Positions 45,721-52,088 of a stretch of 64,000 nt of DNA are shown piece after piece. Origin of the DNA: Flavobacteriales bacterium (GTDB lineage: Bacteria; Bacteroidota; Bacteroidia; Flavobacteriales_F; PHOS-HE28); the NCBI GenBank assembly GCA_023382455.1, contig JAHDVX010000011.1, forward strand, positions 6,709-70,708, given 5' to 3'. The position numbers and the translations under genes were made by a program. Below the pieces are notes generated by a model, which saw only the letters and a list, made by a program, of their open reading frames with translations, had not been told where the DNA came from and searched no databases. Position 1 is the first letter of the stretch. Each line of letters starts with the position of its first letter.

Positions 45721-46180
45721 GGTTGCGTTCGCGTTCTTTGATGCAATCGGGGCAGAGCCCGTAAATGTGCAAAGCGTGGTGGCTCACCTCAAAACCCATC
45801 ACCTCGGCCACGGTGTTGCGGATGCCCTGGATCCGCGGATCGCAGAACTCCATCACCTTGTTGCAGGCCGTGCAGATCACATGGTCGTGCTGGCGGAAAT
45901 TCTGTGCGCGCTCGAACTGGGCCTGGGCCGTGCCGAACTGATGCTTGCGGACCAGTTTGCAATCCAGCAGCAGGTCCATGGTGTTGTACAAGGTGGCGCG
46001 GCTCACCCGGTACTTCTTGCGTTTCATCGAGACATAGAGGCGCTCGATGTCAAAATGCCCGTCCTGGGCGTAGATCTCGCTGAGTATGGCGAAGCGCTCC
46101 GGGGTTTTGCGGTGCCCCTGCCGGGAGAGGTATTCGCTGAAGATGTGCTGGACGTTCTGTTGCACTTCCGGGGCCATCAT
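45698..46180 (-). CDS. fur: Fur family transcriptional regulator
   Basis: Winged-helix part (RATLYNTMDLL) plus HDHVIC..C and C..C zinc motifs. Confidence 0.85.
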   Translation of the reverse strand: MMAPEVQQNVQHIFSEYLSRQGHRKTPERFAILSEIYAQDGHFDIERLYVSMKRKKYRVSRATLYNTMDLLLDCKLVRKHQFGTAQAQFERAQNFRQHDHVICTACNKVMEFCDPRIQGIRNTVAEVMGFEVSHHALHIYGLCPDCIKERERNHDQHSNR

Positions 46181-46187
46181 TGCGTGG

Positions 46188-46195
46188 CGAAGTTA
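46188..46195 (-). promoter_or_regulatory. promoter box TAACTTCG, 7 nt before the fur ATG
   Basis: Minus-strand TAACTTCGCC-ACGCAA-ATG. Confidence 0.4.
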
Positions 46196-46427
46196 GCTCC
46201 GCGCCGAAGGTTTTGGAAACCGCGCCCCCCCCCGGCCGGAAGCGCCCGGCTGGCGTGGCCTGCGGCGAATTTCAACCAGCGGGAAAGGGCTCGGCCCGAG
46301 TTTGTCAATGATGCGTCGTGCCGAGTGCCGGGCAGGAAACCCGACGCAGCCGGGCGGATACGTCATTCCCAATGGCCTGGAACTATCCTGCCATCACCTT
46401 CCGGCAGTGCGCCGGGTCCGGGGAAGT

Positions 46428-47465
46428 TCAATGCGACACCAGGAGCCGGGTAGCAGGGCCGTTGGTCCCGACCATCACCTGATAAAGGCCTGCGGGCAAG
46501 TTGGCCACATCCAGTTCCACCGTCCGTGCGGTGGCCAACGTACGGGCCACCGTGGCGCCACGGGCGTCCACTACGCGCACGGGTTCCGGCCGGGCAGGTG
46601 CGGCGGGCAGCACCACCGAAACGCGATCTGTGGCAGGATTGGGGAATACTTGGAGAGCAGCGGTTCCAGCGGCATGGTCCGCCAGGCCCAATTCCGTGGC
46701 ATCGAGCCACTCGGTGTAGGCATAGGCCTGGTTGAGGAACTGCGAGGTGAGTGAATCGGAAACCGTACGGTACACGGGGAATTTGCCCCAGAGGGTGTAG
46801 AACGCATCCACATTGCGGACGTGTGACACGGTGATGGGGAAGCCGCTAATGGTCAGCGGGATGGACTCGGTAAGCCGGGTGGTCACGCGCAACACCTCCA
46901 GCGTATCATTCCCGCCGGGCATCTGCAAGCGCCCCCATGCGATGGCATTCCCGTTGATGCCTCCATTGCGGGTGGCGGAGGTACCGTCCACCGTGAAGCT
47001 CCCTTGGAACAGATCGGTCCAAGTCCCTTGGTAGGCCAGCGGCAAGCCGAGCTCCAGCACCGTGTTGCTGTAGCTGGAGGTGAAGTGGTAATCCGTGCCC
47101 AGTGCGGAGATGGTCTGCGTGTCGCCCAAGCGCTCCAGCCCGGCGGCTTCCTCGCTGTAGAACACAGTGTCCGGTCCGCCGTTGGTGAGGGCGAAATCCG
47201 CGTTGGGGAACTGGGCGCCGTTGGGAAGCAAGGCCGGGTTTTCCCACCGGTAGGTCATCGTGGAACTGCCCGTCATGGCGCCGAAAAGGAACAGTTGGTC
47301 GCCGCCACCGGAAGGCGGGATGGCCACATAGTCTCCCCGGTGCACCAGGAAGGTTCCACCCGTATCGGGCACGTTACCGGGCGCGACCAGTGTGATGGGC
47401 TGTGCACCGGCGAGCATCGCAACGGAAATGAAGAGCAGGGAGGATGTGTAACGAATGCGGGACAT
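46428..47465 (-). CDS. secreted protein with T9SS C-terminal domain
   Basis: Signal peptide and C-terminal CTD (LQVFPNPATDRVSVV, VRVVDARGATV, AGLYQVMV). ATG 47465 was verified. Confidence 0.7.
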   Translation of the reverse strand: MSRIRYTSSLLFISVAMLAGAQPITLVAPGNVPDTGGTFLVHRGDYVAIPPSGGGDQLFLFGAMTGSSTMTYRWENPALLPNGAQFPNADFALTNGGPDTVFYSEEAAGLERLGDTQTISALGTDYHFTSSYSNTVLELGLPLAYQGTWTDLFQGSFTVDGTSATRNGGINGNAIAWGRLQMPGGNDTLEVLRVTTRLTESIPLTISGFPITVSHVRNVDAFYTLWGKFPVYRTVSDSLTSQFLNQAYAYTEWLDATELGLADHAAGTAALQVFPNPATDRVSVVLPAAPARPEPVRVVDARGATVARTLATARTVELDVANLPAGLYQVMVGTNGPATRLLVSH

Positions 47466-47485
47466 GATGGTAGAATTTGCGGGAC

Positions 47486-47493
47486 CAAATCTA
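47486..47493 (-). promoter_or_regulatory. promoter box TAGATTTG (T9SS cargo gene 46428-47465)
   Basis: Perfect TAnnTTTG, 20 nt upstream of the ATG. Confidence 0.5.
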
Positions 47494-47594
47494 GGACGCT
47501 TGATCCGGGCAAAACGCTGCCTGACCCGATCCGAGCCTCGCGCAAGGCCGGTTCGCCTCTTCCTTCGTCTCTTTGCGACCAACGAAGAACGACC

Positions 47595-48182
47595 ATGCGA
47601 CACAGCATCAGCGAGCTCACCGGGGTGATCCGGGACCGCAGGACCATCCAACCGAAGGACTACAGCAGCCGGGAAGTGCATCGGGAGGTGATCGACCAGG
47701 TGTTGGGCAATGCGGTCTGGGCCCCCACCCACGGCATGACCCAACCTTGGCGCTTCACCGTTTTCACCGGAGCGGCCCGGGAGCGCCTGTCGGCATTTCT
47801 CGGCGAGGAATACAAGCGCGTCACCCCGCCGGAGCGCTTCCTGCAGCGCAAATACGACAACCATGTGCAGCGCCCGCTCCAGAGCAGCGTGGTGGTGGCC
47901 TTGGGCCTGGCCCGCGACCCCCATGGCAAAATCCCCTTGCATGAGGAACAGTTCGCCTTGGCCTGCGCGGTGCAGAACATGCACCTCACCTGTGCGGCGT
48001 TCGGCCTGGGTGCGCTCTGGAACACCGGTGCGGCCATGACAGGCGAAGCCATGGCACATTTCCTGGGGCTCGGCGAAGGAGGCACCTGCCTCGGCCTGTT
48101 CTTCATGGGCTACCCGGCGGGCGAATGGCCCAAGGGCTACCGCAAGCCCTTGCCGGATGTGGTGCGCTACTTGGAGGAATAA
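47595..48182 (+). CDS. nitroreductase family protein
   Basis: Motifs RRTIQPKDY, THGMTQPWRF, VQNMHLTCAAFGLGALW. ATG 47595 was verified. Confidence 0.85.
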   Translation: MRHSISELTGVIRDRRTIQPKDYSSREVHREVIDQVLGNAVWAPTHGMTQPWRFTVFTGAARERLSAFLGEEYKRVTPPERFLQRKYDNHVQRPLQSSVVVALGLARDPHGKIPLHEEQFALACAVQNMHLTCAAFGLGALWNTGAAMTGEAMAHFLGLGEGGTCLGLFFMGYPAGEWPKGYRKPLPDVVRYLEE

Positions 48183-48410
48183 CCCGATCAACGGGCTCCG
48201 CGCCCGTTCATTCGTCCCGGAAAATATCCTCGCGGTCCTCGGGCCGCGCGGCGGCATTCCATCGGAACCCTTCAAAGTGCATTTCCTCCACCGGTGCCGC
48301 TTCCAGGGGGTACAGGATGGCCGCCGGCCGGTCGTTGAAGCTCACGGCCTGGACTTTGCCCTGTCCAGTTCCACGGTAATCCTGCTGCAATCGGCACGGT
48401 TCACCCCGGT
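48117..48410 (+). repeat. direct repeat A1 (nitroreductase 3' end + terminator + OstA-like 3' fragment)
   Basis: Aligns by eye with 49684-49978. There are about ten scattered substitutions over the first ~230 nt, then markedly more divergence in the last ~70 nt. Confidence 0.85.
48190..48208. terminator. short hairpin between convergent nitroreductase and OstA-derived sequence
   Basis: AACGGGC-uccgc-GCCCGUU sits right after the nitroreductase stop. The equivalent hairpin in A2 (49756-49774) abuts the genuine OstA-like stop codon at 49775-49777. Confidence 0.45.
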
Positions 48411-48426
48411 TACCTCGCTCCCACAA
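48208..48426 (-). pseudogene. duplicated 3' fragment of the OstA-like gene (part of repeat A1)
   Basis: The last 56 aa (KVQAVSFNDRPAAILYPLEAAPVEEMHFEGFRWNAAARPEDREDIFRDE) are identical, apart from one Q-for-R change, to the C-terminus of the intact gene at 49775-51331. The upstream part diverges and has no gene body. Confidence 0.75.
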
Positions 48427-48727
48427 GTGCCACCAGGCATCCCGGCCAAACGGCCTTTGCGCCCCAACGCAAATAACCGGGGTAGTCCGATATTTATCGG
48501 ACTGTGGGTGCTGCCCGAGGTTTCCATCCGTGCTTTTCCGTGAAGTCTCCGGACTTCACAACCAAGGACTCAATAAGCTCCAAGGGGATCAGCCGTATGG
48601 CAGCCTGAAGACTGCCGGAAGCCACTGCACCTTGAACAGGCTCTATAATAGCACTCCCATCAGTCGCCCGGCCCATTCCTGTTACGAACTCACCTTATGG
48701 TTGGGCCGGAAGACTGGCGGGAGCGGG
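48413..48727 (+). repeat. repeat X1: ~315-nt non-coding element, candidate structured RNA or recombination site
   Basis: Direct-orientation homologue of 49394-49688. It has multiple stops and indels relative to X2 (16-nt and 4-nt), so it is not coding. It contains several hairpins and a terminal closing stem CGCUCCC/GGGAGCG. Confidence 0.7.
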
Positions 48728-48758
48728 AGCCGCGCATCAAGACCGCATTCGCTTCGTG

Positions 48759-49052
48759 CTACGGCCCGAACTTCTTGCTGGGCTTGCGGCTGGTGTGCCG
48801 CACTTGGTACACGAACACCGTACTTCCTTCAACCTCATACACCACGCGGTATTTCAGCTTGTGCAGCATCGCATGGCGGTAACCGCCCTTGCGCACCTGA
48901 TAACCGTACGGATTGGCCTTGATGCTCGCATAGCAGTCCATCAATGCAGCGATGAACCGATCGCCCGACCCCTTCTTCTCGCCCTCGCGGTAGTGATAGA
49001 CCTTGTGCACTTCCTTGATGGCCTTGGGATCGACCTCCAACGTGTACTTCAT
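48759..49052 (-). CDS. type II toxin, RelE/ParE superfamily
   Basis: 97 aa with a ParE-like pattern (HAMLHKLKYRVVYEVEGSTVFVYQVRH). There is a 4-nt ATGA overlap with the upstream small acidic ORF. Confidence 0.8.
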   Translation of the reverse strand: MKYTLEVDPKAIKEVHKVYHYREGEKKGSGDRFIAALMDCYASIKANPYGYQVRKGGYRHAMLHKLKYRVVYEVEGSTVFVYQVRHTSRKPSKKFGP

Positions 49053-49303
49053 GCCTTGCGTCCAGTGCGGATCATGCGGATGGATTCCTCTTCGCTGATG
49101 AACTTCACTTTCCCGCTGATCCGGTCGGCGCGTTGGGCATCCAGTTCGGCCACTTCCTCGTCGGTGAAGTCCTCGTCCTCTTCCATGGCCTCAGGGAACG
49201 ACTTCTTGAGCAGGTCCATGATCTGCCGGATCATGTTCTCGTCCCTGATGCTGGCCAAGCGTTCCAGCAGTTCCAGTTTGATCGCGGCGTTCTCCATGGT
49301 CAT
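49049..49303 (-). CDS. putative antitoxin (acidic 84-aa partner of the ParE/RelE toxin)
   Basis: Position and coupling to the toxin, plus an acidic helical composition (EAMEEDEDFTDEEVAELD). The family was not recognised with certainty. Confidence 0.6.
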   Translation of the reverse strand: MTMENAAIKLELLERLASIRDENMIRQIMDLLKKSFPEAMEEDEDFTDEEVAELDAQRADRISGKVKFISEEESIRMIRTGRKA

Positions 49304-49393
49304 TGGTTTCGTGCTGTAAAGGTAGGCTCATGCGATCGCGTGGAACCGGGCCACGTCCTAGGCCAAGCCTTCCAGGTCATTGACCAGATACCG

Positions 49394-49688
49394 CCTCGCT
49401 CCCGCAAGTGCCACCAGGCATCCCGGCCAACCGGCCTTTACGCCCCAACGCAAATAGCCGGGGCGACTTGTGGGTGCTGCCGGATGTTTTCATGCGTGCT
49501 TTTCCGTGAAGCCTCCGGGCTTCACGAGCAAGGGTTCAATGAGGCTTAAAGATAATCAGCCGTGTGGCAATCTGAAGACTGCTGAAAGTCCCTGAGCCTG
49601 GACCGACATGCTGATACCCATCAGTCGCCCGGCCCATTCCTGTTACGAACTCACCTTACGGTCGGGTTGGTAGACTGGCGGGAGCGGG
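49394..49688 (+). repeat. repeat X2: ~295-nt non-coding element, second copy
   Basis: Same element as X1 on the other side of the TA cassette. It lacks the 48484-48503 hairpin of X1. Confidence 0.7.
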
Positions 49689-49749
49689 CGAATGACCCAA
49701 GGGCTACCGCAAGCCCTTGCCGGATGTGGTGCGCTACTTTGAGGATTAA
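49684..49749 (+). pseudogene. duplicated 3' fragment of the nitroreductase gene (part of repeat A2)
   Basis: Matches the last 22 codons of 47595-48182 but has TGG->TGA at 49693-49695 and two further substitutions. There is no upstream gene body. Confidence 0.75.
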
Positions 49750-49978
49750 CCCGATCAACGGGCTCCGTGCCCGGTCACTCGTCCCGGAAAATATCCTCGC
49801 GGTCCTCGGGACGCGCGGCGGCATTCCATCGGAACCCTTCAAAGTGCATTTCCTCCACCGGTGCCGCCTCCAAGGGGTAAAGGATGGCCGCCGGCCGGTC
49901 GTTGAAGCTCACGGCGCGCACCTTGCCGCTGTCCAAATGCACGATGATCCCGCTGCAATCCACGCGGTTCATGCCGGT
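49684..49978 (+). repeat. direct repeat A2 (nitroreductase 3' fragment + terminator + genuine OstA-like 3' end)
   Basis: Partner of A1. The nitroreductase-derived part here is the decayed copy (in-frame TGA). Confidence 0.85.
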
Positions 49979-51331
49979 GGTCTGCTCGGTGGAATCCTTC
50001 TTCTCGCGGACGAAATAGACCGTGCGGCTGTTCCCGTCCACCACGGCCTTCACCAATTGGTCGTTGCGGAAACTCCCGGTGATGGAGGCTCCCGTGACCT
50101 GGTTGAAGTGCGAGCTGTCCGCCTGTGAGGCCAGGAAAGCTTTCCCCACCACGTGCAAAGCCTCCGCATGGCCGTTGCTCAGGCGGATGCGCATGCTGTC
50201 CCCGTTGATCTGGTGGCCATTGCTCCAGAGGAAGGGTTCCCCGCGCAGGCGAACAGTGCTGTCCGCATCGGCATAGGACATGGAGTCGCAAACGCCTTGC
50301 AGGTCGCTCTTGAAGAAGCGCACATGCCGATGGGCGGCCACGCGCTTGCGGCCCAGGCTGTCCTGGCGGGCAAAAAGCGTATCGCCGTGCAGGAACAGCG
50401 AATCCGCACCCAAGGCCATGGCCAGCTCGGCCCGGCCGGTCACCATGGAACTGCGGGTGTGCACGTGGTAGCGGCCGTAAGCGCCACGCACGGCCAGGTT
50501 GTTCACCGGATCGATGATGGCCACATGGCCCCAGGCGGTGCCTTCGCCTTCCGTACGGGCGTAGTGCAGACTGTCCCCGGTGAGCAGCACTCCCTCCGCC
50601 GTGATGCGTGCGGCCTTGGTGAAACGTCCGTGGCCGGTGATGGTGTTGTAGCTGCCGCGTTCCCCGTACAGGATCGCGTCATCCTGCCGTATGGTGGTGG
50701 GCCCCAGAAAGTCCGCCGTGGCCGGGTCCATGCGGTAGCGAAGCGAATCGGCGTCCAGCGTCCAGCCGGTACCGGTCACACGCACCTCGTTGCTGAAGAG
50801 GAAGGATCGGCCATCGGCGAAGTAGGATCCCTTGCGGCTGGACAGCACGGTACCGTCCCGCTTCCCTGTGATCCGCGCGCCGCTGCCGTAGTCCGCCCGA
50901 TGCGCGCGGACATCGTAACTGAGCTCAGGAGTCTCCAGCTCCATCGTCGGGTCGCTGAGCCGCACCTGTCCGGACATGCGGGCCGTGCGCTCCCGGCCGA
51001 TGTAGGCCAGCCGATCGCCGGTGATCAGCAGGCTGTCGCCCTGGGAAAGCCGCACGCGGCTGAAGGCGACCACGCGTTCATCATCGTAGAGCCAGGCGCT
51101 GTCGCAGGCCATGAAGGCATCGTCCTGCCGGAAGCGCACATCGCCGATCAGGCGTTGCGCGCCAGGCGCCACTGTCTTATCAAATTCCCAGCGCTCCGCG
51201 TTGAGCACCTCCACATGGCCGCCTGCGGCACCTTTGGCGGTCTGGGCCACCAGGTCGCTTGTGCAAGCCAAGGCTCCGGCCACCAGCAGTATCCGGCTGA
51301 CGACGGCGAATGGGAAGGCCCGGTTCCGCAT
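49775..51331 (-). CDS. OstA-like (LptD N-terminal-domain-like) protein
   Basis: Signal peptide followed by repeated OstA/LptA-type beta-jellyroll segments (GDVRFRQDD, LITGDRLAY, GHVAIIDP, LHGDTLFA). Confidence 0.7.
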   Translation of the reverse strand: MRNRAFPFAVVSRILLVAGALACTSDLVAQTAKGAAGGHVEVLNAERWEFDKTVAPGAQRLIGDVRFRQDDAFMACDSAWLYDDERVVAFSRVRLSQGDSLLITGDRLAYIGRERTARMSGQVRLSDPTMELETPELSYDVRAHRADYGSGARITGKRDGTVLSSRKGSYFADGRSFLFSNEVRVTGTGWTLDADSLRYRMDPATADFLGPTTIRQDDAILYGERGSYNTITGHGRFTKAARITAEGVLLTGDSLHYARTEGEGTAWGHVAIIDPVNNLAVRGAYGRYHVHTRSSMVTGRAELAMALGADSLFLHGDTLFARQDSLGRKRVAAHRHVRFFKSDLQGVCDSMSYADADSTVRLRGEPFLWSNGHQINGDSMRIRLSNGHAEALHVVGKAFLASQADSSHFNQVTGASITGSFRNDQLVKAVVDGNSRTVYFVREKKDSTEQTTGMNRVDCSGIIVHLDSGKVRAVSFNDRPAAILYPLEAAPVEEMHFEGFRWNAAARPEDREDIFRDE

Positions 51332-51358
51332 GGTGGTGGGGCAAGGCCGGGGCAGGGA

Positions 51359-52027
51359 TCACTTGCCTTGGGTTCCCTTGCGTTGGCGGTGCTTGGCGTT
51401 CAGGCCGGAAACCAGCGCCGGGGTGATGTCCAGGGCCTGGTTGCCCACCCAGATCTGGCCGGCGTCCTGTATGCTGAAGATGTAGTCGAAGCCGGCGGTC
51501 TTGTTGTACTCCTCCAGGAATTGGCGGATCTGGCCGGTGATCTCGATCAGCGCCTTGGTCTGCAGCTCGTCCAGGCGCTCCTGTGAATCGGCTTGCAGCT
51601 GCTGGATCTTGGCCCCCAGCTGCTCCAGCTCATCCTGGTCGGCCTTCAGTTCCGCCTGCGTGCTGTAGGTGTGGTCCTTGTTCATCAGCTGGGCATAGCG
51701 GGCCTGGGCCTTCTGCATCTCACGCTGGAGATTGCCCTCCAGGCGCTGGCCCTCGGAGCGGACCTTGTCCTGGCTTTCCTTGACCAGTTCATAGTGGGCC
51801 TGCACGGAATCCATCATGAAGAAAGCGATCCTTCCCTCAGGAATGGCGGAGGTATCTGGCATGACGGGCACGGGCGAGACCATCGAATCCTTTGCTACCT
51901 GCAGATTCCCCAGCTTCTGCTCCAGGATCCGATCGGGCACGCGCGGCCTGGAAAGCGACCACACGACAGCCGCGGTAAGCAGGGTATTCCAGAACACGAG
52001 CAGGAGCAGCAACGACCTTTTGGACAT
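51359..52027 (-). CDS. OmpH/Skp family periplasmic chaperone
   Basis: N-terminal anchor and a long Gln/Glu/Lys coiled coil (QAELKADQDELEQLGAKIQQLQADSQERL). C-terminal YIFSIQ...VGNQALDIT is typical of OmpH. Confidence 0.75.
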   Translation of the reverse strand: MSKRSLLLLLVFWNTLLTAAVVWSLSRPRVPDRILEQKLGNLQVAKDSMVSPVPVMPDTSAIPEGRIAFFMMDSVQAHYELVKESQDKVRSEGQRLEGNLQREMQKAQARYAQLMNKDHTYSTQAELKADQDELEQLGAKIQQLQADSQERLDELQTKALIEITGQIRQFLEEYNKTAGFDYIFSIQDAGQIWVGNQALDITPALVSGLNAKHRQRKGTQGK

Positions 52028-52030
52028 GGT

Positions 52031-52088
52031 TGATCAGGGATGGCGCGAAGTTAGCCTTCGCACCATCCCCAATTTCCATGCCTGATCA
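52031..52088 (-). other. composite hairpin spanning the whole T9SS-cargo / ompH intergenic region
   Basis: Outer stem TGATCAGG / CCTGATCA (8 bp, includes the stop codon of the upstream gene). Inner 12-bp stem GATGGUGCGAAG / CUUCGCGCCAUC has one pair that is G-U only in the minus (transcribed) sense. Confidence 0.4.

Noticed and set aside
48413-48727. Repeat X as an integron attC site, with the locus as a cassette array (CALIN).
   Set aside because: X is about twice the size of large attC sites. A GTTRRRY-like core (GTTGGGC at 48700) is present only in X1 and not in X2. No RYYYAAC partner is evident and no intI is in the window. The analogy (structured sites delimiting cassettes) is kept only as a hypothesis.
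48413-48727. Repeat X as a fragment of a known RNA: group II intron domain V, tmRNA 3' end, SRP RNA, RNase P, or a cobalamin riboswitch.
   Set aside because: Short resemblances (AGCCGUAUGG, CUCCCGCCAG, GGUGCUG, CCGGAAG) do not extend into the required helices or conserved blocks of any of these families.
48117-49978. The duplication as an assembly artefact or a very recent tandem duplication.
   Set aside because: The two A copies and the two X copies each differ by many substitutions and indels. The order A-X...X-A is also not that of a simple tandem repeat.
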